64,000 nt of DNA from an uncultured Acidobacteriota bacterium (GCA_963764715.1 CAVXTP010000010.1:128001-192000), one strand, 5' to 3'; shown: positions 33,160 to 43,080, counted from the stretch's first letter. Program-made: numbers and translations. The notes: generated by a model not told the origin, from the sequence alone.

Positions 33160-34023
33160 TCACTCGAAGAGCACGCCCTTGATGAGCTTGGGAAGCACCG
33201 GAGTCAGCGAGAGCTGGATGTTCCAACGCTGTCCCACGGGATCCGGCTGCGTGACCATGTACTGTCCTGCGAGCGAGATCTTCACGGGAAGCCGTCCGAA
33301 CTTCACGACCTTGCCGACGCCGACGCCGATCGGAACGGTCCAGCGGTCGCTCCCGGAGGCCTCCCAGTTGGCCAGGATGTTGCCCGAGTAACCCACGTTC
33401 CAACCGCCGTCGAAGAACAGGTTCGCGATCGGCTGGATGTTCATCTGACTCGTGTCCGCGCGGCTGGGATCGCCCGCGTAGGACCACCACTGCTGAGGGA
33501 ATACGCCTAGGATGAACTTCTTGGTCATGTAGGCGACGACCGCGGCGGGGCCGACCTGCCATTTGCCCTGCCCCGTGTAGATGGAGCCCGCCGTCGGGAA
33601 GATGAACGTGGGTCCCCCGCCGAGCAGCCAATTCCCGCTCTCGGCCGGCGACAGGAGCTCGAGCTGCGTCCAGTCGCCGAAGTTGGTCGTGCGAGCGTCG
33701 GCCCCCGTGGACGTCTGATAGGGCGCGCTGTTGTAGACCTGGATGACGGGACGCGTGATGAGGTTCCAGTCTTTCGTCAGGCTGACCGGCATGACGGGCT
33801 GGAAGTTCAGGTTGTTGTTCCAGCGGTCGTTCGTGAGCTGAAAGTTGTTGAACTGAAACTGCAGGGACCAGAGATTCGCGACCGGGTTGGCGAGCATTTG
33901 TGCGAGAGCGTTCTCCCTTTCCTTCTGCTCGGCCGGGGTCAACCCCTCCTGGCCCCGGCCGACGGCGCCGACCGCGAGGGCAACGAGGACAATCGACGCG
34001 AATCGCTGGAGCCTGGCCTTCAC
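33160..34023 (-). CDS. Outer-membrane beta-barrel/transporter ('neuromedin U'-annotated family)
   Basis: Signal peptide, LAQMLANPVANL, NFQPVMP, WNLITR, GPTFIFPTA, GKWQVGP, WTVPIG. Confidence 0.75.
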   Translation of the reverse strand: MKARLQRFASIVLVALAVGAVGRGQEGLTPAEQKERENALAQMLANPVANLWSLQFQFNNFQLTNDRWNNNLNFQPVMPVSLTKDWNLITRPVIQVYNSAPYQTSTGADARTTNFGDWTQLELLSPAESGNWLLGGGPTFIFPTAGSIYTGQGKWQVGPAAVVAYMTKKFILGVFPQQWWSYAGDPSRADTSQMNIQPIANLFFDGGWNVGYSGNILANWEASGSDRWTVPIGVGVGKVVKFGRLPVKISLAGQYMVTQPDPVGQRWNIQLSLTPVLPKLIKGVLFE

Positions 34024-34055
34024 ACGTGACCTCTTGGTAGAAAAAAAATAAGGCG

Positions 34056-34448
34056 TCAATCGAAGGGTCCGGCGTTGTAGACGACGCTCGCGAGCATCAG
34101 GATGCCAAGGAGCGCAATGAGGCAGCCGACGATGAAAGCGAGGCCCCAGGGCTTGTAGGCCCGCACGGGGCTCAATCTTCTGACGTATGTCCAGTACTGC
34201 GTGCACGCGACGACGAGTGCGAAGGTCCCGATGCTAATGAGGGCGATCGCCAGGTTGCGGGGCGCCTGCGGCCGCATGATGAGCACCTTGCTCTGCTCTT
34301 GAACGACCTGCAGGAACTTGTAGATCGTGAACCCGAAGGTGATCATGGCGAGGGAGGTTCGAACCCAGGCCATAAGCGTGCGCTCGGCGGCCATGCGCGT
34401 GCGATCCAGCGCCAGGATGTCGTTGGGTTTCAGCTCCGTGTCACTCAT
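34056..34448 (-). CDS. DUF202/YidH-family membrane protein
   Basis: LALDRTRMAAERTLMAWVRTSLAMITFGF. Confidence 0.9.
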   Translation of the reverse strand: MSDTELKPNDILALDRTRMAAERTLMAWVRTSLAMITFGFTIYKFLQVVQEQSKVLIMRPQAPRNLAIALISIGTFALVVACTQYWTYVRRLSPVRAYKPWGLAFIVGCLIALLGILMLASVVYNAGPFD

Positions 34449-34506
34449 AGGGCCTCCATAGCCGGCGCTCTCTTCAGTCCGCTTTGGATCGGCTTGGCGT
34501 CGTCAG

Positions 34507-35277
34507 TCACGGAGCAGTCTCCAGGTGCGACAAAGCCAGGAGCAGGGCGGTGTACGACACGGCGCCAATCACGAAGGACCCGTACCGGCTTTCGCTTTCC
34601 TTCGGGAGCTCGGCGATCGCGGCGTTGACGACCACGCCGCCCATCACGAAAGCCACCAGGTTGAACAACCACAGAATCGGAATCTCCAGCGTTGCGGCCG
34701 CTCCCCAGCCGGCCAGGGAGGCTGAGGCCAGCAACAGCGCACCCCGAGGGTGATAGGTCTCACGATAGTGGCTGCTCAGGTTGCTCGAAATCGTGAAGAG
34801 GTGCAGGCCCATGGCCACCGCGAACAGAGCCAGGGTCAGTCCATTCTTCCCGGTCCACACCATCGTGTAGGCGAGGATCCACGCATAGAGGGCGAAACCG
34901 CTCATCTGCAGCCAGGGGCGCCACGATGTTTGACGGCCCCCATGAGCCCCGTGCGCCTGCGGCGCCTGTGGCGTATTGGCCATCTTCTCGAGCCCGAAGA
35001 AGACGAGGAAGCCAACCATGGTCCACAGGTAGACGCCATGCTCCGGGAACACCATGGATTTGCTCAGGGAGCGTGTCTGGATCTCCCGGATCGTGTGCAG
35101 CGCTGGCAGCACATGGACGAACGTGTAGGCCACCGACACGCCGGCCGCGAAGGAAAGGAACCGTCGGTGGCCGATCCGGCCCGGCCCGGGAGCTGCCCGG
35201 CCGCCGAACAGAAAGACGCCGGCGAACAGCAGCGCAACTCCGAGTGTCGGCAGCAGATGTAACTCAGACGTCGCCAT
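34507..35277 (-). CDS. Multi-pass membrane protein, ZIP-like
   Basis: SFAAGVSVAYTFVHVLP, His-containing loop, AMGLH, AELP. Confidence 0.7.
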   Translation of the reverse strand: MATSELHLLPTLGVALLFAGVFLFGGRAAPGPGRIGHRRFLSFAAGVSVAYTFVHVLPALHTIREIQTRSLSKSMVFPEHGVYLWTMVGFLVFFGLEKMANTPQAPQAHGAHGGRQTSWRPWLQMSGFALYAWILAYTMVWTGKNGLTLALFAVAMGLHLFTISSNLSSHYRETYHPRGALLLASASLAGWGAAATLEIPILWLFNLVAFVMGGVVVNAAIAELPKESESRYGSFVIGAVSYTALLLALSHLETAP

Positions 35278-35344
35278 GTTCCTCGCAATTCTTCGCCGTG
35301 GCGGGGCCTGCCCGTTCGGGCAGGCCCCATCCCGTCATCAACAC

Positions 35345-35740
35345 TTACTTCTTCATCTTCGCGAAATGCTCCTGAATTATCTTGGCTTGCGAAGCCAACC
35401 CGCCAGCGGTGCTGAACTGGATGATCTCGGCCCCTTCCTCCGAGATGAAGTTGTGCGGAGCTGGCCAGTAGCACGCTTCCCCGGCACGACAAATCTCAAC
35501 GGTCCCGTCGAGGTAAATGACCTTCAACGAACCCTTCAAGACGTAAGCCCAATGTTCAACCCCGCACAGATCGTGCGCCAGTCCCTTCCCAGCCAGAATC
35601 TGTGTGAAATCAGTACCCGGGGCAAAGACGTGGTAGGCGCACTGCATGCCGTTCCAGTTCTCCTCCCAGATTTTGAGGCCCGGGGTGTTCTGGGTGACGA
35701 TGTCGTCGACCGGGCGCATGTCCGTCAATTTCTTTCTCAT
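35345..35740 (-). CDS. Cupin-domain protein
   Basis: GTDFT, CGVEHWAYVLKG, YWPAPHN, IQFS. Confidence 0.8.
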   Translation of the reverse strand: MRKKLTDMRPVDDIVTQNTPGLKIWEENWNGMQCAYHVFAPGTDFTQILAGKGLAHDLCGVEHWAYVLKGSLKVIYLDGTVEICRAGEACYWPAPHNFISEEGAEIIQFSTAGGLASQAKIIQEHFAKMKK

Positions 35741-35941
35741 GGTTTGCTCCTTCTTGTGCCTCACCGGACCGGCGGTGACGGCGATCTTTCAAAGCCAGAC
35801 CCGGTCGCCTGGATCGCGATGCCGCGCTGTTCCATCGGGTTCTTCAGATCGAATTTCCCCTCCCTGTTGGTCGTAGAGTCACTGGGCCCAGGCTCGGCGC
35901 CCCAGGTCAGCATCGGCACACGGCGAAGAAGGGACATGGGA

Positions 35942-36352
35942 TCAACCCTCATGGCGGGCCTTGCGGTAGAGCAGGCGGGCGGTGCGAGTTATAGGCCCGC
36001 GAACCAGAACGTAGGGCACGACGGCGCAGAGGACCGCCACGATCAGCACCTGCACGGGGTAGACAAAGCGGAAGACCATCACCTGGTACACGGTGTCGAG
36101 CGCGACGGCCATGATGAAGACCTTGCCGATGTCCTTGAGCGCGCTGCGGAAGAGCCGGTTCCGCTCGACGGGGTCCTTGATGAACGCCCCCAGGAACGCG
36201 GGCCGCCCTTCCCGGGCATCCTCCCAGTCGGCGCGCAAGGCGAGGACGGTGACGACGATGGGCATGACCACCAGCCGGAAGTTCAGCGGTCCTCTCAGCC
36301 GATCGATGAGCTGCCCGAAACCGCGCGCCACCATTTCCAGAAAGTTGTTCAT
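35942..36352 (-). CDS. Small membrane hypothetical protein
   Basis: GPLNFRLVVMP, DAREGR, DIGKVFIMAVALDTVYQ, VPYVLVRGP; RBS present. Confidence 0.75.
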   Translation of the reverse strand: MNNFLEMVARGFGQLIDRLRGPLNFRLVVMPIVVTVLALRADWEDAREGRPAFLGAFIKDPVERNRLFRSALKDIGKVFIMAVALDTVYQVMVFRFVYPVQVLIVAVLCAVVPYVLVRGPITRTARLLYRKARHEG

Positions 36353-36367
36353 CTCACCTGCCTCGTC

Positions 36368-38064
36368 TTACCTCTCCAGGACCATCGCCCGCGACAGCAT
36401 GCCGCCGGAGAGAACCCGGGCCTTGAAGCCGTTCTGGAGCAGGATCCGCGCCGCGAAATAGGCGCGGCCCGCGGAGCGGCAAATGGTCAGGATCTCCCGG
36501 TCCTTCGGGAGTTCGCCGAGTCGCGCGCGGAGCTGGGGCAGCGGGATGTTGACCGCGCCCGGTACGGTCTCGACGACGAGCTCGACCGGCATGCGCACGT
36601 CGAGGAGGAAGGCGCCATCCGTCTCGCCCCAGTGGGCGAGCGGCATGTCGCCGTGGAGGACGTCGCCCGGGACCATCCCGGCGAAGTTGACCGCGTCCTT
36701 CGCGCTGCCGAACTGCGGCGCATAGCAGAGCTCGGCCTCTTCGAGGTCCTTCACCGTCGCCTTCATCTGGAGGGCCATCGCGAGGGCGCTGATTCGCTTG
36801 TCCACTCCCGGCCCGTCCTCGCCCAGGCACTGCGCCCCGAGGAGACGGCCGTCGGATTTCCGGAAGAGGACCTTCAGCCCGAGCATCTTCGCGCCCGGGT
36901 AGTAGCCGGCGTGAGCGTTCGGGAAGATGTAGGCCTTCTCGTAGTCGGTGTCGCCGTTGCGCTTGAGCGTCTTCTCGTTGACGCCGGTCCAGGCGACGGC
37001 GGCGCCGAAGAGCCCGATGATCGAGGTCCCCTGGGTGCCGCGGAAGCGGGAGTCGCGCCCCGCGATGACGTCGGCCGCGATCCGCCCCTGGCGGTTCGCC
37101 GGCCCGGCCAGCGCGACGAGGCTCCATTGCCCGGTGACCCAGTCCTTCACCTCGACCACGTCGCCGACGGCGAAGATGTCCGGATCGCTCGTGCGCATGT
37201 GCTCGTCGACGCGGATTCCTCCGCGCTCGCCGATCTCGAGGCCGGCGGCCTTCGCCAGCGTCGTGTCGGGACGCACGCCGAGGGCGAGGATCACGACGTC
37301 GGCCGGGATAGCCCTTGCCGGATTTCGTCTTCACCTCGATCGCGCCGCCTTCGAGCTGCGTGAACTCCGCGACGCCGTCGGCGAGCGCGAGCCGGACGCC
37401 GTGGCGCTTCAGGTGCTCCTCGACGAGCCGGGCGAACTCCCGGTCGAGAGGAGCGAGGACCTGGTCGAGCATCTCGACGAGCGTCACCTCGAAGCCCGCG
37501 TGGACGAGGTTCTCGGCCGTCTCGAGGCCGATGAAGCCGCCGCCGATGACGACGGCCCGTCTTCGGCGGCTTGACGAACTGGATGCCCGAGTAGTTGAAC
37601 ACGCCGGCGAGAAAGGCGGTCCCCTTCTCGATCCACTCCTTGACCGCGTGGGCGTCCGGAACGGTCCGGACCTGGAAGATGCCGGGCAGGTCGATGCCCG
37701 GCAGCGGGGGCCGGATCGAGGCGGCGCCGGGCGACAGGACGAGCTTGTCGTAGCTCTCGGTCGTCGTCTCGCCGGTCGAGACGTTCTTCAGCTCGACGGT
37801 CTTCTGCTTCCGGTCGATCGAGACCGCCTCGCAGCGCGTCCTGACGTCGATGTTGAAGAACCCCTTGAAGAACTGTTCGTTTGCGAGGAGGAGGCTGGAC
37901 TCCTTCGGGATCACGCCGGAGATGTGGTACGGGAGGCCGCAGTTGGCGTACGAGACGTACGGTCCGCGCTCCACCATCAGGATCTCGGCCTTCTCGTCCA
38001 GCCGCCGCAGGCGCGCCGCGCAGGAGGCGCCTCCCGCCACGCCGCCGACGATGATGACTTTCAT
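36368..38064 (-). CDS. CoA-disulfide/persulfide reductase with C-terminal rhodanese domain, frameshifted near 37560 and 37305
   Basis: IVGGVAGGASCAARLRR, SYANCGLPY redox Cys, GGGFIG, ELCYAPQF, rhodanese ICRSAGRA. Confidence 0.9.
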
Positions 38065-38113
38065 GCCGCCTCCTCCTCGCGTCGCGCAGATCCGGTGGAC
38101 ATCGCGACTTCGG

Positions 38114-38699
38114 TCATGACACCGGCGCGGGTGCCGGCGATCTCATCTGCTGGGAGGCGCCTTCTTCGATGATGATCTTTTCGGGATCGACGTCGTAGAC
38201 CCAGGGCGCCGAGTTCTTCCAGCCGTTCTTCATCCGCTTGCCGTGGAAGACGCTCTCGGGATCGTCCACGGTGTCTCCTTCGATCCCGTCGACGATGTTG
38301 TAGGCGGTGGTGAATCCGGCCGCCGCGAGCTGGTTCACGCCCATGGCGCCCCGGCCGCCGGACCGGCACGTGACGAGCAGGACGTCGGACGGCTTCGCGA
38401 TCTCCTTGACCTGCGCGACGAATGCCGTGTTCATCTGCGGCGCGTACGTGAACTTGTCGTCCTTTCTCTGGTAGCTCACGAAGGCGACCGGGATGTTCCA
38501 GGCCATCTGCGGGTGACCGACGAAGGCCCACTCTTCCGGGGTCCGCACGTCGATGATCTTCACCTCGTCTGGCGCGGCCTTCCACATGTCGTAGGCCTGC
38601 GCGGCGGTCACATAGAGACCGAGCGTCGTCTGTTTCATCTTCGGAAGCTGGGCGCCCGTCACCGTGGTCGACGGGCTCCTGAGCTCGAGTCGTTGCCAT
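38114..38699 (-). CDS. Rhodanese-like sulfurtransferase (probable frameshift just after the start)
   Basis: KQTTLGLYVTA, IIDVRTPEEW, TCRSGGRG; the GGAGG-preceded ATG at 38699 is one base out of frame. Confidence 0.8.
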
Positions 38700-38774
38700 G
38701 AGCAACCTCCCATTCGTTCCGTCAGGAGCGGGAGCCGGGGGGCGCCGCGGCCCCCCGGGTCGATGGATTCCTCG

Positions 38775-39452
38775 TCACGGCACGTAGTTGGCGCTGGTGT
38801 CCGCGCCATAGCCGCAGCCCTGGTACGTGCAGTGGAGATCGTCGCGCAGGATGGCGGCCCATCCGCCGGCGCGGCCCGTATCCAGCGAAAGGTTCTCCGT
38901 GAGCACCTTGGTCTCGAACGTCCAGCCCTTGGGCAGGTTCTTCAGCTTGCTCCCCACCGTGTCGAGGTTGTCGGGGGTCAGGCTCGAATCGACCGCCTTG
39001 GTGTATTCCTGCAGGACCCAGACGGGACCGCCCGGCTCGCGCAGCAGATGCACGGGCTTGCCCTTGTGCCAGGTCCAGATCGTGTTGCGCTGGATCAACG
39101 AGGGCACGTAAGCGCTCTGGAACTGGGTCATCATTTCGGCCCCGGTCATGTCGCCCGCCCAATTCATCTTGACGCCATGGAAATCGACGCTGTCGCCGCC
39201 GGCGTAATCCACTTCGTCCATCATCCAGAAGCGGCCGCTGTTGACCGCGCACTGGTCCACTCCGAGCTCCCGCGCCAGCTTCTCCGGATCGATCTTCTTG
39301 TAGTCGTCCGGGCCGACCGGAAGGGAGGCCGCCGTATAGACGTGAGCCCGCTGTGTCTTGCCGATGCCGACGAAGGCGCCCATTCCGCAGAACGCGGCAC
39401 CGCGGGTGTTGTTGGCGTGGACCCTGCGGGTGGGACCGGGCTTGAGTTTCAT
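38775..39452 (-). CDS. Hypothetical protein
   Basis: RFWMMDE, WVLQEY, LKNLPKGWTF; AGGAGG before ATG; may start at 39499 with a frameshift. Confidence 0.7.
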   Translation of the reverse strand: MKLKPGPTRRVHANNTRGAAFCGMGAFVGIGKTQRAHVYTAASLPVGPDDYKKIDPEKLARELGVDQCAVNSGRFWMMDEVDYAGGDSVDFHGVKMNWAGDMTGAEMMTQFQSAYVPSLIQRNTIWTWHKGKPVHLLREPGGPVWVLQEYTKAVDSSLTPDNLDTVGSKLKNLPKGWTFETKVLTENLSLDTGRAGGWAAILRDDLHCTYQGCGYGADTSANYVP

Positions 39453-39539
39453 GTCGTGGACCTCCTTCTTGGATTCCTCGAGGTTGCGCTCGTTGTCATG
39501 ACTGTGTTTCTCCTTTCGGTCTTCGGTTTCGTTGCGTGA

Positions 39540-40325
39540 CTAGAATCTGAAGCCGCCCGCGAGCAGCGGCCCCTGAGTCAGGACGTCCCATCGGAAATAG
39601 TCGACTCCCGAGCCCGTCTCGAAGTCCTGGTCGAGCCATCGGTAGCCGATTCCCAGGCTGACGACGCGCGACACCTGCCAGTTCACCCGGGCGATGGCCT
39701 GCCAGGTGAAGTTGGAGCCGACGTGGAAGCCGCCGACGTCGCCGCGCATCTGCAGCTGGAAGGCCTTCGAAAGGGGCAGGAAGGCCTGGGCGCCGACGAT
39801 CGGGTCGAACCAGTCCTCCTCGATCTTCGCCTCGCTGGTGCTCCCGGGAGTCGTCAGCGTGACCGTCGTCCGGAGGTGCGTGTAGCGCCCGCCGGCGAGC
39901 AGCTCGAAGGACTTCGAGATCCTCCAGGCGCCGTCGAGCTCGGCGATGAACTCCTTGACGTCGACCTCCGCCGTGCTGAGCTCCTGGGTGCCCGTGCCGT
40001 CGCCTCCGACGTTCATGTAGATGACGTCGGCCAGCACGGCCCACTTCCGGGCCTCGCCGCGATAGTCGGCGAGCGCCGCGAACTTCAGGTTCCCGAGGAC
40101 GTCCGAGGCGTTCACGTCGATCTGCGTTTGGAGCCGGGCGACGTCGACCGTTCCCGAGATCCAGGGCAGCAGCAGGTAGAGCTCGACGTAGTTGCAGAAC
40201 TCGTTGCTCGTCGAGGCAGCCGGACTCTCCTGCGCGACGGCGCAGGGCGCGAGGAGCGCGATCGAGAGGACGGCAGCCACAATGGCGGGCAAGACTCGGC
40301 CTTTCGACCGCAAGACTCTCGTCAT
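39540..40325 (-). CDS. Outer-membrane beta-barrel protein
   Basis: Signal peptide, YLLLPWISG, WFDPIVG, RGDVGGF, GYRWL, terminal GFRF. Confidence 0.8.
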   Translation of the reverse strand: MTRVLRSKGRVLPAIVAAVLSIALLAPCAVAQESPAASTSNEFCNYVELYLLLPWISGTVDVARLQTQIDVNASDVLGNLKFAALADYRGEARKWAVLADVIYMNVGGDGTGTQELSTAEVDVKEFIAELDGAWRISKSFELLAGGRYTHLRTTVTLTTPGSTSEAKIEEDWFDPIVGAQAFLPLSKAFQLQMRGDVGGFHVGSNFTWQAIARVNWQVSRVVSLGIGYRWLDQDFETGSGVDYFRWDVLTQGPLLAGGFRF

Positions 40326-40735
40326 CGTGTCTCCTTCGTCGCGGCCGCTTCCGGTGCCGCTCCGATCCCGCGAAGCTTGTCCACCGCCGGGAGCAGGTCC
40401 GTCACGATCGCGCGCTTGAGTACGAAGGCGTCGGCACCGGCCTCGAGGGCCGCGCGGCGGACGCTCGGCTCGTCGTGGACGCTCAGAACGATCACACCGA
40501 GCCCGGGGGAACGCTGGCGCAGCGTGCGCAGCCACCCGAGCCCGCTGCCCTGCGCCAGCGAGAGATCCACGACCGCGACGTCGGGCTTGATCCGGGCCGC
40601 GGCCTCGAGCAGCGACGTCTCCTCGGCCACCATGACGACCGTTCCGAACGCCGTTTCGAGGAGACCGCGCACGGCCTCGGTGAGACCGTGATGCCGATCC
40701 GCCAGGAGCACGCAGCTTGGAGATGTTTCGGGCAT
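40322..40735 (-). CDS. Stand-alone receiver-domain protein (atypical ADRH pocket)
   Basis: CVLLADRH, VVDLSL, LSVHDE, GADAFVLKR; paralog of 17119..17652. Confidence 0.8.
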   Translation of the reverse strand: MPETSPSCVLLADRHHGLTEAVRGLLETAFGTVVMVAEETSLLEAAARIKPDVAVVDLSLAQGSGLGWLRTLRQRSPGLGVIVLSVHDEPSVRRAALEAGADAFVLKRAIVTDLLPAVDKLRGIGAAPEAAATKETR

Positions 40736-40772
40736 CGAGGTCTCCTGTTCCGCGGCTGATCGCCGCGATTGA

Positions 40773-40842
40773 AAGCTACGCGACCGCGGAAGCGTTGTGA
40801 CCTCGGGAAATCCCGGGTAACCGCCCGCGGGAAATTGCGAGG
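40773..40842 (-). promoter_or_regulatory. Promoter with tandem 18-bp palindromic operator, copy 1
   Basis: Minus strand: two CCNCG-N8-CGNGG-like sites, then GTCACA-17 bp-TAGCTT; closely similar to 42219..42288. Confidence 0.7.
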
Positions 40843-40987
40843 GAGCCGGAGTCGCGAACGGCGGTTTCTCCGCCGAGGCTCGGCTATGCAACGAGCGGCG
40901 CCTCGCTGCCGAGGGCGCCGCTCGACCCAAGAGTCACTTTGGCTGGATCCGATCTTTCGGGTCCCGGCCCCGTCGGCCTCTAACCGC

Positions 40988-41284
40988 TCAGTCGACGTTG
41001 ACGACGACGTATTGCGAGCCGGACGCCTGGTAGTAGGTCCCGCCGCATTGGTGCAGGCTGACGTTCTCGACGACGACGGTGGTGCATGCCGGCGGCAGGG
41101 TGGCCACGAGGATCGCCGTCCGGCGGATGACGCGACGTGTCGTCCGGCGGGCGACACCGGCCACCGGCCTTCCGGGTGCTCCGACTCCGACGCCGCGCGG
41201 GGGCACGCGCCCATCAATGGTCAGCGAGGCGCCGAGCAGGGCGGAGACCAGGAGGGCCCGGCGCAGGGATTGTTTCGTGCTCAT
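40988..41284 (-). CDS. Small secreted peptide with GVGVGAPG/VAGVARRTTRR motifs and a Cys pair
   Basis: GGAGAGGAG RBS, signal-like N-terminus, LPPAC...QCGGTYYQ..YVVV. Confidence 0.8.
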   Translation of the reverse strand: MSTKQSLRRALLVSALLGASLTIDGRVPPRGVGVGAPGRPVAGVARRTTRRVIRRTAILVATLPPACTTVVVENVSLHQCGGTYYQASGSQYVVVNVD

Positions 41285-42129
41285 GGTTTCTCCTCTCCGA
41301 TCTCGACTTCACCGGTCCCGGTGAGCCGAAGCGACGTGATCCGTTTGGCGCCCGCGGGCGGCGTGAAATCGAAGCGGCCGGCCGGGATCTTCGGCTGAAT
41401 GTCCCAGTCCCGGAGGAGCACCGTGAACTCCGGCGCCGAGGTCATCCACTTCGTGGTGATGACGTACTTCATGGGAAGCGGCTTGTCGCCGGTCTGGATC
41501 CAGATCTGCCAGTCGACCTTCGACGCCCGGAACGCCAGATGATGACATTCCACTCCGTTCACCGAGGTCGTGCCGATGTACTGGCCGCTCGTCACGTCGG
41601 TGAGAAGGCCGGGCAACGGGTCGGAGTACAGCAGATCCGCGCCTGCAAGCTCGAAACCGGTCTCTTCGCCCAGAGCGGTGATGGCGTGATCGAGCGACCC
41701 GGGCGCCGCCATCTGGTAGTAGGCGCCCCGCGACGTGGAGGAGATCGTCACGGTCTTGCCGTCGATGAAGAGCTCGAAGCTTCCGTACGGCGTCCGGCGC
41801 TGCGAGTAGAAGCTTCCGGGCCGGCTGAGCACGAAGTTTCCGGAGCTCGCGAGCTGCAGTTTCTGCCCGTTCATGTCGACGACCTCGGTGTCGACCTCGG
41901 CCTGTGCGCTGTAGGCCGAGAGACGCCCCATGTATTTCGACATCGCCCGCAGGACCTCATCGGCGTCCGGGTCGATGCCGCTGGCGCCGCTCATGGCCGG
42001 CGCGCCGGCGAGACCCAGCGCCGCGACGAGAGCCGCCATGGAGAGGATGCCTCGGATCCTGGTGAATCGACCCTTCATCTTGCCCGTCGCCGCACCGGCC
42101 GCCGCGGCCCAGGTCTTCGGTCTGTTCAT
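41281..42129 (-). CDS. DUF2092-family periplasmic protein
   Basis: VLRAMSKY, GQKLQ, LSRPG, GVECHHLAFR, DWQIWIQTGDKPLPMKYVITTKW, FTPPAGA. Confidence 0.9.
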   Translation of the reverse strand: MNRPKTWAAAAGAATGKMKGRFTRIRGILSMAALVAALGLAGAPAMSGASGIDPDADEVLRAMSKYMGRLSAYSAQAEVDTEVVDMNGQKLQLASSGNFVLSRPGSFYSQRRTPYGSFELFIDGKTVTISSTSRGAYYQMAAPGSLDHAITALGEETGFELAGADLLYSDPLPGLLTDVTSGQYIGTTSVNGVECHHLAFRASKVDWQIWIQTGDKPLPMKYVITTKWMTSAPEFTVLLRDWDIQPKIPAGRFDFTPPAGAKRITSLRLTGTGEVEIGEEKP

Positions 42130-42218
42130 CGTGCTTCCTCCTTGTTCAGTCCCGGAGCGATCGATCGTTTGAACCGGCGAGGAGCTTCGTCTTCACGAAG
42201 CGGCTGGCCTCGATTCCG

Positions 42219-42288
42219 AAGCTACCCGAGCGCCGGACGGCTGTGACCTCGGGAAATCCCGGGTATCCGGCCGCGGGAAATTGCGAGG
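42219..42288 (-). promoter_or_regulatory. Promoter with tandem 18-bp palindromic operator, copy 2
   Basis: TGTGACCTCGGGAAATCCCGGGTA...CCGCGGGAAATTGCGAGG shared with 40796..40842; GTCACA-17-TAGCTT on the minus strand. Confidence 0.7.
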
Positions 42289-42334
42289 TCTGCGGCGGAA
42301 GGTCTCGAGAATCGGGGCCGAATGCCCGAGAGTC

Positions 42335-43042
42335 TCAGTAGTACCACTTGGCCACGAGGCCCACGGCATTCACGCCGGAGTTCTCGGGGAGGACGTCGGA
42401 CATCCGCGACACCTTCAGCTCGAATCGGAAATGCTTGTCGACCGTGACCTCCGCGCCGGCCTCGTAGAGGAAGCGGGACCAGCCGTCGTAACGCGTGTCG
42501 TAGAACGCCTCGGCGTTCAGGAAGGGAACGACCGGGTGACCCTTCACGATGAACTCACGGGTGGCTTCGAGTCGCAGCCGGTAGCGCGTCGAGTAGACCC
42601 CGTCGATCCAGCGGAAGTCGACCCGGGCTCGTCCCTCCAGCCAGACCTCCGCCGGCAGCGGGAGCTTCCCGTAGGCCGAGACGACCGCCCGGTTCTCCGT
42701 GAGGTCGCGCGTGCCGCTCGTGATCTCGAGGACGCGGGTATAGCCGATCCGCGCCCAGAAGTACCGACTCCGCTGCCAGTCCAGGCCGGCGCGCGAGGAG
42801 GACAGGATGGGCTTGATCGAGATGTCCAGGAAGGCCGAGGCGTCGAGTGTCCGGTGCTCCGTGTCGTCTTCCCTCGCATAGGACGCGTCCAGGTAGGCTC
42901 TCGTGACGGGGCCCAGGGTCAGGAAGGCGCTGGCCTCGGGCCAAAGCTCCCAGGGGTCTGCGCCCCGCGCCGTGCCGCGCAGGAGACAGGCGGCACAGGC
43001 GGCAATGGACAGGTGCCTGACCCACCGAGTGGCGTTCCCCAC
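42335..43042 (-). CDS. DUF2490-like outer-membrane beta-barrel protein
   Basis: ELWPEAS, ENRAV, RYRLRL, PFLNAEAFYD, terminal WYY; start uncertain. Confidence 0.75.
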   Translation of the reverse strand: MGNATRWVRHLSIAACAACLLRGTARGADPWELWPEASAFLTLGPVTRAYLDASYAREDDTEHRTLDASAFLDISIKPILSSSRAGLDWQRSRYFWARIGYTRVLEITSGTRDLTENRAVVSAYGKLPLPAEVWLEGRARVDFRWIDGVYSTRYRLRLEATREFIVKGHPVVPFLNAEAFYDTRYDGWSRFLYEAGAEVTVDKHFRFELKVSRMSDVLPENSGVNAVGLVAKWYY

Positions 43043-43080
43043 GACCTCGTCCCCGGGCGATCGCAGCGCGGGCTGCGGCG

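Noticed and set aside
38735-38758. GC hairpin CCGGGGGGC...GCCCCCCGG
   Set aside because: No U-tract on either strand; cannot be called a terminator, at most an mRNA-stabilising stem
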